Shown here: positions 1-8,798 of the stretch, piece by piece
Layout of the letters: every line of letters starts with the position of its first letter
How positions within the stretch are numbered: position 1 is the stretch's first letter
NCBI GenBank assembly: GCA_047636795.1
Contig: JBLIGB010000001.1
Location: 1 to 41,791 of the forward strand
DNA: 41,791 nucleotides
Reading direction: 5' to 3'
Origin: Bacteroidia bacterium
GTDB lineage: Bacteria; Bacteroidota; Bacteroidia; UBA10329
Made by a program: the position numbers and the translations under genes
Notes under the pieces: model-generated
What the model saw: only the letters and a program-made list of their open reading frames with translations
What the model was told of the DNA's origin: nothing
The model's database searches: none

Positions 1-1
1 A

Positions 2-1624
2 GAAGTTCTTGGTGCTATCGACAATCAGACTGATGCTTCGTGTAGTGGAATGGCCGATGCGACTGTGGATGTTTCGGCTTCAGGCGGCACGCCTCTACAT
101 ACATTCGATATTGGTAACGGTCCTCAGGTAAGTGGCTCGTTTACAGATCTTTTATCTGGAAGCTATTCCATCACAGCTATAGATGGTCAAGGTTGTACGG
201 CTAATATCCTAGTCGATATCATCGAACCGGTTTCATTGATGGCCGCAATAGTTACTCAAACTGAGGTAAGTTGTTTTGCAGGAGCAGACGCCTCGGTAGA
301 AATTGCCGCTCAGGATGGAACTGGTCCGTACACATTTGATATCGGAAATGGTACACAGGCTACGGGCATTTTCACTGGGCTTAGCGCGGGCAATTATTCA
401 GTAACGGTTGCAGATGCGAACGGATGTTCGGTAACAGTTGATGTCGTGATTACGGAACCAACTCAACTTTCCGTCACCATTTTGACTCAAACAGAAGTTT
501 CGTGCTTCGTATTAACGGATGGCGATTTCGAGGTAGAAGCATCTGGTGCAACACCAGTTTATTCTTACGATATCGGTTCTGGTCCGCAAGCAACAGGCGT
601 TTTCAACACGCTTATCGCTGGTATATACACTGCAACAGTTATTGATGCAAACGGTTGTACTGAGACCATTGATGTGACGATTTCCGAACCAACTCTGGTT
701 ACTGCATCCATCCTCAGCCAAACCGACCCGCTTTGCTTTGCTGGTAATGATGGCTCTTTTGAAATCGAAGGAAACGGTGGAACTCCAACGTATCAGTTCG
801 ATATGGGTACAGGGCCTCAGACAAATAGCTTGTTCACGTCTCAAACTGCTGGCACTTATTCCATTGATGTAATCGATGCCAACGGCTGTACCGATAATAT
901 TACAGTGACGCTCAGCGAACCAACAGAATTGTTGGGTACAATCGATGTACAGACAGGTGCTAGTTGTAGTGGCATTGCTGATGGAACAGTTGACCTCTCA
1001 GCATCAGGTGGAATGCCCCCATATACTTATGACATTGGTAACGGTCCGCAAACAAGTGGTTCTTTCATCGGTCTTTTTGCAGGAACTTATTCGGTCACCA
1101 TTGAAGATGGTCAAGGTTGTACAGTTATTGTTCCTGTTGATATTACCGAACCTGTTTCGCTCTCATCAACCATCGTATCTCAAACGGCAGTTTCTTGCTT
1201 TGCAGGTGCCGATGGAACAGTGGAACTGACAGCTCAGGACGGAACTGGTCCTTATACTTTTGACATTGGCAACGGAACTCAGGCTACCGGAATTTTCTCT
1301 GGATTATCAGCAGGAAATTACACGGTTACAGCAGCTGATGCAAACGGATGTTCGGTTGCGGTTGGCGTGGTAATCACCGAACCAACGGAACTCACTTCTG
1401 CCATCCTCTCGCAATCCGACCTGACTTGTTTCGGGTCGAATGATGGAGAATTTGAAGTGCTCGCTTCGGGTGCCATTCCAACGTACAGTTACGATATCGG
1501 TTCAGGACCACAAGCCACAGGCGTATTTATCGACCTCTTGCCAAATACCTACACGGTGAATATTCTCGATGCAAATTCCTGTACAACTAGTATCGATGTG
1601 GTCATTTCTGAACCTAATCAATTA
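2..1624 (+). repeat. Coding tandem array of 7 SprB-type repeats (about 75-77 aa each), arranged as a higher-order ABCD-A'B'C' duplication
   Basis: Recurring pattern: (S/T)C.G..DG...(V/L).A.GG..PY.(Y/F)D(I/M)G.GPQ..G.F..L..G.Y.(V/I)...D..GC. Unit A starts at nt 50 and A' at nt 974. Confidence 0.8.
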
Positions 1625-4600
1625 GTGATTGATGCCGGTGTGGACCAAACAATTTGTGATGGAGAAACGGCTTCGTTGAATGTGATAGGAGCGGCATCTT
1701 ATACTTGGGGTCCACTCTCTGACCTGAACAACCCTAACATCGCCAACCCAGATTTCATAGGTTTAACAACAACCACTTTGACCGTTATTGGAACCGATGC
1801 AGATGGATGTATTGCCACAGATGATGTAACCTTAACAGTAAATGCCCTTCCTCCTGTGGATGCGGGCGCGGATGAGGTGATTTGCACCGGATTTACAGTT
1901 CAATTAGGGGCGAGTGGAGCCATTTCTTACGTATGGAACTCAGCAACTAATCTTGATGACGGAAGCATTCAAAATCCAACATTCTCAGGAACATTGACAG
2001 AGACCTTAACGGTTACTGGTACAGACGGAAATGGTTGCGAAAATTCGGATGACGTAATTGTCATTGTCAATGATTTGCCAGTTGTTGATGCTGGCGCTGA
2101 CGAGGTAATTTGTGAAGGACAATCTGTTCAACTTCAGGCATCAGGTGGTGTGAGTTATACTTGGGGGCCACAAACAGGATTGAACAATTACGCCTTATCA
2201 AATCCAGTTTTTTCAGGCACGAACACCACAACTTATACGGTAACATCCATCGATGGCAACGGATGTACCGACTCTGATGAAATCACGATTACGGTAAACG
2301 CTATCTTACCGGTTGATGCCGGATTAGATACTGCAATTTGCTTCGGTGAAACGGTTCAATTGTTGGCAACTGGTGCCTCCACATATGTTTGGTCACCAGT
2401 AGCTGACTTGGATGATGCAACGATTGCAAATCCGCTATTTAATGGAATCGTAATCACAATTTATTCTGTTACCGGAACGGATGTTAATGGTTGTAATGCT
2501 ACAGATTATGTGACAGTTACAGTCGATCCGCTTCCAATTGTTGACGCGGGATTGGACGAAGCTATTTGTATCGGAGATCAAGTTCAACTTGGTGTTTCCG
2601 GAGCTGTATTATACGAATGGTCGCCAGCTACAGGCTTAGACGATTCTCAAATATCGACACCAATATTTTCGGGTACATCAACCGCACTTATTACGGTTAC
2701 CGGAACTGATGGAAACGGCTGTGTAAATACCGATGACATTGAAGTTGTTGTCAATCCATTACCGATTGTTGATGCTGGTTCTGACGTAGAGATTTGCTCT
2801 GGATTCACCACGCAACTTGTGGCTTCTGGAGCAACAGATTACACCTGGAATCCTATTGCCAATTTAGATGATGCAAACGTTTCTAACCCGGTTTTTTCGG
2901 GCATAGCCACGACCCTGTTTACCATAACGGGGACGGACGGAAACGGATGCGCAAATACGGATAATGTTGAGGTAATCTTGAACGATTTACCTGTTGCTGA
3001 TGCAGGAACGGATGTAGAAATATGCGTGGGACAAACCACACAACTAAATGCTTCAGGAGCCGCTAATTTTAGCTGGGATCCAAGTGCTGGACTGGATGAT
3101 GCAACCATCGCTAACCCAACGTTCTCAGGAATAACCACTACCTTATTTACCGTCACCGTTACGGATGCAAGCGGATGTCAAGATACGGATGTTGTTGAGG
3201 TAACCGTACATGCGCTACCGAACGTGGCGGCAAGTGCCGATGTGGCGATTTGTATTGGAGACCAAACACAACTTTCGGTTTCTGGAGCAGATACGTATGT
3301 ATGGACTCCAGGTGCAGATTTGGATGATGAAACCAGTGTTTCGCCAACATTCTCTGGTCTTTCCACTACTCAATTTAATGTGACCGGTACTGATGTAAAC
3401 GGTTGTGTTAATACGGATGATGTTGAAGTTATTGTTAACCCACTTCCTGTTGTAGATGCTGGATTTGATGAAGCCATTTGTTTTGGAGATGTATTACAAT
3501 TGGAGGCTACAGGTGCTACCAACTACGCTTGGAATCAAGCCTCAGACTTGGATAATGCGGCAATTTCAAATCCAATTTTCTCAGGTGGTTCTACAACCAC
3601 GTTTACTGTAACAGTAACGGATGATAACGGATGTGTGAACACGGATGAAGTTACCATTACGGTTAATCAACTTCCAGCGGTTGATGCTGGTGTAGATCAA
3701 TCAATGTGTGAAGGAGAATCTGTTCAACTGACCGTAGTAGGAATTGGTAGCCCAATATGGTTCCCAGGAGGGTCACTTTCTAATCCAACCATCTCAAATC
3801 CAGTTGCAACTCCAACCACTACCCAAGAATATGTGGTGCGCATTACTGATGCCGCAGGGTGCTTGAATACCGATACTGTGGTTGTGACGGTAATGCTTAA
3901 ACCTACGGCCGTAATAATTGCCAATTTAGATGCTTGCCAATCGGAAATCATTCAGTTCGAAAGTGCTTCGTTGGGCAATATCGCAACCACGAATTGGAAT
4001 TTAGGAGATGGAAATTCCGAAACACTACCAACCTTCGACCACAGCTATCCTTTGGAAGGAAGCTATCAAGTGATTCTTGCGGTTACTACTGACGAAGGTT
4101 GCGCGGATACGACTTCGCATAATATCAGCGTTCATCCTAATCCAAATGCCATTTTTAGCGTGCTGAATGTTTGCCTTTTGGATGAAGCGAATTTCATGGA
4201 CCAAAGCACCGTGAATAGTGGCTCTATTACTACTTGGAATTGGGACTTTGGAGACTCAAATTCGGCCACAACCCAGAACGCTCAGCATGGTTACGCTACA
4301 GAAGGCACCTATGCAGTTGAACTTGTGGTTGGAACAGACTTCGGATGTCTCGATTCCGTTACTAAATATATTATCGTGCATCCTATGCCCGTGGCCGATT
4401 TTACAATAGCGAATGCCTGTGCAGCAGACACAATTGCTACAATCACCGATAACTCATCAATTGTTGGAGGAACAATTACCGATTGGCAATGGGTTCTCAA
4501 TTCAACAGATACGATTATTGGTCAATTCGTTAGCTTAGGAAGCTTACCGGTTGGAATTTATTCAGTTGAATTAACTGTTTGGTCTGATGAAGGTTGCATC

Positions 4601-5950
4601 AGCACAATGACTCAAGATTTGGAGATTTATCCGTTGCCTGCTGCAGATTTTAGCGCAACGGTTGTATGTGAAGGGCTGGAAACTGAGTTTACGGATTTGA
4701 GCACGGGAACTGCCGCTTATCCAATTACAGAATGGGATTGGATGATTGATGGTATTCAGTCAAGCATTGATACAAATCCAGTATACATCTACGGAACTTA
4801 TGGCAATCAATTGGCGGTGTTAGAGGTTACAAATTCTGCTGGATGTACTTCTCAAATTACTCAGGACAGTATTCTTGTTCACCCTGCACCAGTTGTGGGC
4901 TTCAATTTTACTTCGCATTTCTGCGAGAATGATTCAGTCTTTTTTGTAGACCAATCTTCAGTCCCTTTATCCACCAACGACACGCTTTCTTCTTGGAGTT
5001 GGTCGTTCGATGCGGTTGATTCGGCTTTCGGACAAACATCGAATTATGTGTTTACAGAATTTGGAGACCACGTGATTATCCTGAATGTGGCTACCAATAA
5101 CGGTTGCATGGGAAGCGATACGCAAACGGTGCGCATTAATCCGTTGCCAAATGTGGTAATAGAGGCAGACCAGTTTGAAGGTTGTCAAGTGCTTCCTGTT
5201 CAGTTCTGGAGCGAGTCAACCATACAGCCGGGTTATTATTTAGATAGTTGGGCTTGGACTTTTGGGGATGGAAGCGATACGCTTTATGCGCAGCATCCAG
5301 GACACGATTTCTTGGGAGCCGAACCTGGAGATACTTCAACTATTTATTACGATGTTTCTTTGACTGTAACGTCTTCAGACGGGTGCGTGGCAACACTGAG
5401 TGAAGATGAATTGATCACCGTTTACGCGAATCCAACTGCACTTTATGAAACTAACTTTTACAACACAGATCTTAATGATCCTCTGTTCCACTTCACCAAT
5501 CAAAGCAGTGAAGATGTAATTGAATGGTACTGGGAATTTGGAGATGGTGATTATACGGACGAAGAAAACCCAAGGCATACGTACGCAGATACAGGTAGTT
5601 ATGAAGTCACCCTGCTCGTTACTACGATTAACGGCTGTACCGATTTCATTGATTATACCGTTCGGGTAAATCCAGTATTCGTGTTTTACATACCCAATAG
5701 CTTTACGCCAAATGGAAATGATCTAAATGAATTTTTCTTCGGACAAGGACAGGGGTATATTGAATACAATATGATGATTTATGACCGCTGGGGAGAAGAA
5801 ATATTTGAATCACATCATGACCAATTTCATTGGGATGGTTCCTATAAAGGAAATCAGGTACAACAGGACATATATGTTTATAGATTCGAAATTATTGATT
5901 GGATGAATCACCAACATATTTACACCGGAACTGTAACACTACACAGATAA
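2..5950 (+). CDS. Giant cell-surface adhesin, 5'-truncated by the window edge: SprB-type repeats, then Ig-like (CHU_C-associated type) repeats, then PKD-like domains, then a T9SS type-B (gliding-motility / CHU_C) C-terminal sorting domain
   Basis: The reading frame is open from nt 2 (EVLGAIDNQTDASCSG...), and this upstream stretch matches the internal repeat consensus, so the ATG at 50 is internal. The C-terminus (IPNSFTPNGNDLNEFF...YDRWGEEIF...WDG...Y.Y) fits the type-B T9SS CTD pattern. Confidence 0.85.
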   Translation, partial: EVLGAIDNQTDASCSGMADATVDVSASGGTPLHTFDIGNGPQVSGSFTDLLSGSYSITAIDGQGCTANILVDIIEPVSLMAAIVTQTEVSCFAGADASVEIAAQDGTGPYTFDIGNGTQATGIFTGLSAGNYSVTVADANGCSVTVDVVITEPTQLSVTILTQTEVSCFVLTDGDFEVEASGATPVYSYDIGSGPQATGVFNTLIAGIYTATVIDANGCTETIDVTISEPTLVTASILSQTDPLCFAGNDGSFEIEGNGGTPTYQFDMGTGPQTNSLFTSQTAGTYSIDVIDANGCTDNITVTLSEPTELLGTIDVQTGASCSGIADGTVDLSASGGMPPYTYDIGNGPQTSGSFIGLFAGTYSVTIEDGQGCTVIVPVDITEPVSLSSTIVSQTAVSCFAGADGTVELTAQDGTGPYTFDIGNGTQATGIFSGLSAGNYTVTAADANGCSVAVGVVITEPTELTSAILSQSDLTCFGSNDGEFEVLASGAIPTYSYDIGSGPQATGVFIDLLPNTYTVNILDANSCTTSIDVVISEPNQLVIDAGVDQTICDGETASLNVIGAASYTWGPLSDLNNPNIANPDFIGLTTTTLTVIGTDADGCIATDDVTLTVNALPPVDAGADEVICTGFTVQLGASGAISYVWNSATNLDDGSIQNPTFSGTLTETLTVTGTDGNGCENSDDVIVIVNDLPVVDAGADEVICEGQSVQLQASGGVSYTWGPQTGLNNYALSNPVFSGTNTTTYTVTSIDGNGCTDSDEITITVNAILPVDAGLDTAICFGETVQLLATGASTYVWSPVADLDDATIANPLFNGIVITIYSVTGTDVNGCNATDYVTVTVDPLPIVDAGLDEAICIGDQVQLGVSGAVLYEWSPATGLDDSQISTPIFSGTSTALITVTGTDGNGCVNTDDIEVVVNPLPIVDAGSDVEICSGFTTQLVASGATDYTWNPIANLDDANVSNPVFSGIATTLFTITGTDGNGCANTDNVEVILNDLPVADAGTDVEICVGQTTQLNASGAANFSWDPSAGLDDATIANPTFSGITTTLFTVTVTDASGCQDTDVVEVTVHALPNVAASADVAICIGDQTQLSVSGADTYVWTPGADLDDETSVSPTFSGLSTTQFNVTGTDVNGCVNTDDVEVIVNPLPVVDAGFDEAICFGDVLQLEATGATNYAWNQASDLDNAAISNPIFSGGSTTTFTVTVTDDNGCVNTDEVTITVNQLPAVDAGVDQSMCEGESVQLTVVGIGSPIWFPGGSLSNPTISNPVATPTTTQEYVVRITDAAGCLNTDTVVVTVMLKPTAVIIANLDACQSEIIQFESASLGNIATTNWNLGDGNSETLPTFDHSYPLEGSYQVILAVTTDEGCADTTSHNISVHPNPNAIFSVLNVCLLDEANFMDQSTVNSGSITTWNWDFGDSNSATTQNAQHGYATEGTYAVELVVGTDFGCLDSVTKYIIVHPMPVADFTIANACAADTIATITDNSSIVGGTITDWQWVLNSTDTIIGQFVSLGSLPVGIYSVELTVWSDEGCISTMTQDLEIYPLPAADFSATVVCEGLETEFTDLSTGTAAYPITEWDWMIDGIQSSIDTNPVYIYGTYGNQLAVLEVTNSAGCTSQITQDSILVHPAPVVGFNFTSHFCENDSVFFVDQSSVPLSTNDTLSSWSWSFDAVDSAFGQTSNYVFTEFGDHVIILNVATNNGCMGSDTQTVRINPLPNVVIEADQFEGCQVLPVQFWSESTIQPGYYLDSWAWTFGDGSDTLYAQHPGHDFLGAEPGDTSTIYYDVSLTVTSSDGCVATLSEDELITVYANPTALYETNFYNTDLNDPLFHFTNQSSEDVIEWYWEFGDGDYTDEENPRHTYADTGSYEVTLLVTTINGCTDFIDYTVRVNPVFVFYIPNSFTPNGNDLNEFFFGQGQGYIEYNMMIYDRWGEEIFESHHDQFHWDGSYKGNQVQQDIYVYRFEIIDWMNHQHIYTGTVTLHR
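1625..3905 (+). repeat. Coding tandem array of 10 Ig-like units of about 76-78 aa, each opening with VDAG.D..IC.G
   Basis: The GAT codon of the VDAG motif falls at 1631, 1859 and 2087 (228-nt spacing). Every unit ends ...T(G/V)TD.(N/D)GC...D.V.(V/I).V(N/D).LP. Confidence 0.8.
3906..5680 (+). repeat. Coding array of about 7 PKD-like domains
   Basis: Repeated C....F.D.S......W.W.FGDG......NP.H.Y...G.Y.V.L.V....GC.D.....I.V.P.P.A.F pattern. Confidence 0.75.
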
Positions 5951-6153
5951 GTCTATCCGCACAAAGGTTGTGCACCTGCGATTAGAATTTTGAGGCAGAT
6001 GTAACTACGTTGTAATCGAAAGTGATTACTCGGAATACCTCGATTGGCGGATAAGTTAAGCACGTATGAACGCGTTTGGATTAAGGTGAGTTAAGTCATG
6101 TAAACCACCCCGATTTGTGAGCTAAATGTGAGATATAAGAATTTCCAAGAAGC

Positions 6154-6186
6154 AAAAAACCCTTGTAAATCAATGATTTACAAGGG
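6154..6186 (-). terminator. Rho-independent terminator downstream of tRNA-Asp; possibly bidirectional, in which case it would also end the adhesin transcript
   Basis: Perfect 11-bp stem cccttgtaaat (6160-6170) / atttacaaggg (6176-6186) with loop caatg. On the minus strand it is followed by TTTTTTGC, and on the plus strand by TTTAAAAA. Confidence 0.7.
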
Positions 6187-6214
6187 TTTAAAAATAGAAC
6201 ATCAATCGTTCCTG

Positions 6215-6288
6215 CGGTCCGGACGAGACTCGAACTCGCGACCCCCTGCGTGACAGGCAGGTATTCTAACCAACTGAACTACCGGACC
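6215..6288 (-). tRNA. tRNA-Asp (anticodon GUC), 74 nt, CCA not encoded
   Basis: Reverse complement: GGTCCGGTAGTTCAGTTGGTTAGAATACCTGCCTGTCACGCAGGGGGTCGCGAGTTCGAGTCTCGTCCGGACCG. It folds as a cloverleaf with acceptor GGTCCGG/CCGGACC, anticodon loop CTGTCAC and T-loop TTCGAGT. Confidence 0.95.
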
Positions 6289-6307
6289 TTGGTAATTTAT
6301 CGGGGTG

Positions 6308-6315
6308 CAAATGTA
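6308..6315 (-). promoter_or_regulatory. Bacteroidota -7 promoter box (TACATTTG) for tRNA-Asp
   Basis: Exact TAnnTTTG match 19 nt upstream of the mature tRNA 5' end, followed by CACCCC. Confidence 0.5.
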
Positions 6316-6351
6316 AATTAAAATGTCATATCTGAAAGCACATCTGAAAAA

Positions 6352-7110
6352 TTATTGTGGAACAATTTCGTACTCGATTTTATCAACTCCATTTAAGCGT
6401 ATTCCAGTCATGTTTTGCATCACCTGAAAATAGTATGTGCCAGCGGTGGATAGGTCAACTTCCTCAACATCAACAGTGAATATTTTTTTGCGCATGTCCA
6501 AGGTTGGTTGGTCGATTACGCTAATCTCTTTGTCTAACATTAGAATGCCAGCAGAGGGGCTTATCACCTTCATTTTGAGATAAACCTTGTCGAACTCATA
6601 GTTTTCATTCAATGACAGTTTCAACCGAAACACTTTTGACGATGTACTTTTAATCGAAACCCTGAACAAAGGTGTTTGATCTGAATTCCAAACACCGCTT
6701 AGGAAAATGTTTTTTCCCTTTTCATCGGCTGCTTGGAATTCAGGATTGCGTACGATTCTCAAAGAACCTTCAATCTCATCTATTACTTCAGTTTCGCCAT
6801 TGTTCAAATGAATTATAGCAGTAAGACGTTCTCCTTCATCCAAGAAAAGCTGTTTGACTACCTTATTGTAACTGCCATCAACCATTATATTGTCATTCAA
6901 GGTATCATTGCCTATAATGTAGCTAACGCGAAGAAAAACGGGGCCTTTGTACACATCGATAGCATTCACAAATAGTGACACATCTACATAGCACTTGAAA
7001 TTGGCTGGGTAAACAGTTGTAATTGGTTCGTCCCTTGAGAGTTTGGTGAAGTCAACAGAATATGCGTTGAAAGTAAATAGAGTTAGAGCTAGGCCAAAGA
7101 AGAATTTCAT
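6352..7110 (-). CDS. Hypothetical exported protein (252 aa) with an N-terminal signal peptide
   Basis: MKFFFGLALTLFTFNAYS looks like a signal peptide, and the rest has a beta-rich composition. The start codon overlaps the stop of the upstream DUF58 gene by 1 nt (TAATG). I recognise no family. Confidence 0.6.
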   Translation of the reverse strand: MKFFFGLALTLFTFNAYSVDFTKLSRDEPITTVYPANFKCYVDVSLFVNAIDVYKGPVFLRVSYIIGNDTLNDNIMVDGSYNKVVKQLFLDEGERLTAIIHLNNGETEVIDEIEGSLRIVRNPEFQAADEKGKNIFLSGVWNSDQTPLFRVSIKSTSSKVFRLKLSLNENYEFDKVYLKMKVISPSAGILMLDKEISVIDQPTLDMRKKIFTVDVEEVDLSTAGTYYFQVMQNMTGIRLNGVDKIEYEIVPQ

Positions 7111-8051
7111 TAATAAAGTTTTTTGCGTTTGAGCAAATATGGGAGGAGTACTTGGTCAAATCCTTTAGAAATATCTGCCTGGACAAGGTCTATACCGTAT
7201 TGGCCGCATTTCAGTTTCAAATCACGCTCAAATTGTTGCATAGATTTCTGATAAGCCTCTCTCACTTCAAGTGGATTGAGCTTTAATTCCTCTCCAGTTT
7301 CCATATCTACAAATCGGTATGGACGGTTTTCAAAATCGAAATCAAGCTCTTTCTTCTTGTCAGTTACATGAAAGAGAATTACCTCATGTTTGTTGTGCTT
7401 CAAATGCTGAAGTGCATTCCACAAATCATCTTGGCTTTTTTCCGAATTCTCAATCATATCGCTAAAGAGAATCACCAGCGATCTACGCTTCAGTTTATCA
7501 GCAATTTCGTGTAAAGCTTGAGCGCCAGAACTTCGTTTGGACTTGTCTTTCGGAAGCGGTTGAAGCAGTTTGTCTAACTCACCAAAAACAAGCTGAGAAT
7601 GTGTGGTGGTTGATTTCGTATCCGTATGGATTTCAACGCCATCCGAGAACAGCGAAAGACCAAAAGCATCTCTTTGCCTCTTTAAGAGGTGAACCAAAGA
7701 TGCGGCTGCGTACGTGGAAAAACCAATCTTATTTACATCCAAATGCGAATCGTTGTCTTTCATAGGAAAGTACATCGATGAGGATGTGTCAATCACGATT
7801 TGACAGCGGAGGTTAGTTTCTTCCTCATAACGCTTTACGAAAAGCTTTTCCGTTTTGGCGTATAATTTCCAGTCGATGTGGCGGGTTGATTCACCTGCGT
7901 TGTACAACCTATGTTCCGCAAATTCAACCGAAAATCCATGAAACGGACTTTTATGTAAGCCAGTAATAAATCCCTCTACCACTTGTTTGGCAATGAATTC
8001 CAGCTTGCTGAATCGCTTTACGCGCTGACTATGTAGTGAAATACTGTTCAT
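7110..8051 (-). CDS. DUF58 family protein (vWA-like fold, MIDAS-type DxSxS motif)
   Basis: GLHKSPFHGFSVEFAEHRLYNAGESTRHIDWKLYAKTEKLFVKRYEEETN and IVIDTSSSM are hallmark DUF58 motifs. Confidence 0.85.
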   Translation of the reverse strand: MNSISLHSQRVKRFSKLEFIAKQVVEGFITGLHKSPFHGFSVEFAEHRLYNAGESTRHIDWKLYAKTEKLFVKRYEEETNLRCQIVIDTSSSMYFPMKDNDSHLDVNKIGFSTYAAASLVHLLKRQRDAFGLSLFSDGVEIHTDTKSTTTHSQLVFGELDKLLQPLPKDKSKRSSGAQALHEIADKLKRRSLVILFSDMIENSEKSQDDLWNALQHLKHNKHEVILFHVTDKKKELDFDFENRPYRFVDMETGEELKLNPLEVREAYQKSMQQFERDLKLKCGQYGIDLVQADISKGFDQVLLPYLLKRKKLY

Positions 8052-8188
8052 TTTCTTTGCTGATACGAACTTACGGAAACGACCATCAAAAAGACATGAT
8101 TATAAAAGTCAGGCCCTCTTTAAAATTGATTGAATCTTTTGAACCTGCCCGTCTGGATTAGTTGGGGGTTTCCCCGATTAAAAATCGG

Positions 8189-8288
8189 TGCCGGGCTTTT
8201 CGCTGTATCTTTTTCCAGCACCCTTCTCCGCCCTAGGCGGACAGGGTTCGAAAAAAGGATGCCGCTTCAATCCCTAACCCGGTGCTCC
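8189..8288. other. Imperfect palindrome of about 100 nt; candidate structured RNA or REP/MITE-like element
   Basis: Hand fold: outer stem 8188-8195 / 8278-8285, helix 8202-8216 / 8250-8265, ACCCT (8220-8224) / AGGGT (8243-8247), and apical CCGCC (8228-8232) / GGCGG (8236-8240) with loop CTA. See findings. Confidence 0.3.
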
Positions 8289-8325
8289 GAATAAGATTAG
8301 CGCGACATTAAATTTCTGAAGAATT

Positions 8326-8368
8326 TAGAAAACACAAATCCGACCTCGCACAACTGCTAGACCGGATT
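8326..8368 (-). terminator. Probable rho-independent terminator of trxA
   Basis: On the minus strand, AATCCG...CGGATT forms a 6-bp stem that can be extended by wobble pairs, followed by TGTGTTTTC. The loop is large, so this is moderate at best. Confidence 0.4.
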
Positions 8369-8398
8369 CGTATATTCCGTTTATTCGTAATTCTTAAC

Positions 8399-8716
8399 CT
8401 ACATCAAAGCATCCAACTTCTCAGCGAAGGTTTGTTTTGGAGCCGCTCCAACCTGCTTATCTACGATCTCTCCATTTTTGAAGAAAAGTAGGGTAGGGAT
8501 GTTTCTGATACCGAATTTGGCGGAAATTTCAGGGTTGTTATCCACGTCAACTTTACCAATTACAGCCTTATCTCCGTAATCGTTTGCAAGTTCTTCAACG
8601 ATTGGCCCAACCATTTTACATGGTCCACACCACACTGCCCAGAAATCTACCAAAACTGGCTTGTCCGACTTCATTACTAGTTCTTCGAAATTTGCGTCTG
8701 TTAATTCTAATGCCAT
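8399..8716 (-). CDS. trxA: Thioredoxin
   Basis: 105 aa with the WCGPC active site and typical thioredoxin sequence throughout. Confidence 0.95.
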   Translation of the reverse strand: MALELTDANFEELVMKSDKPVLVDFWAVWCGPCKMVGPIVEELANDYGDKAVIGKVDVDNNPEISAKFGIRNIPTLLFFKNGEIVDKQVGAAPKQTFAEKLDALM

Positions 8717-8753
8717 TATATTTTCTTATTTATTGATTCGTATCTAGCATTGC

Positions 8754-8761
8754 CAAAAGTA
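8754..8761 (-). promoter_or_regulatory. Bacteroidota -7 promoter box (TACTTTTG) for trxA
   Basis: Exact TAnnTTTG match 37 nt upstream of the trxA ATG, in the 82-nt dnaE-trxA spacer. Confidence 0.45.
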
Positions 8762-8798
8762 TAAAATCTACATGTTGATCATATCGCTTTGCCGACAA

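Noticed and set aside
1625-3905. Regular tandem repetition of about 228 nt that could superficially suggest a CRISPR-like or satellite array.
   Set aside because: The repeats are in-frame protein domains (VDAG...IC.G Ig-like units) that diverge mostly at synonymous sites. There is no short-repeat/unique-spacer organisation.
512-5578. About a dozen ORFs of 60-110 aa, antisense or in alternative frames, inside the giant adhesin gene.
   Set aside because: All are nested in a continuous 5.9-kb frame with clear repeat and domain logic, and none has independent signals.
5951-6351. A tRNA-Asp next to a large accessory-looking adhesin gene, which could mark a genomic-island integration site.
   Set aside because: There is no integrase, no direct repeat of the tRNA 3' end and no mobility genes within the window. 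The flanks are ordinary chromosomal genes.
6352-7110. The C-terminal half of the 252-aa exported protein looked vaguely like the GldH gliding lipoprotein family.
   Set aside because: It has no lipobox cysteine, the resemblance is only a loose spacing of hydrophobic and aromatic residues, and I cannot verify it without a profile search.
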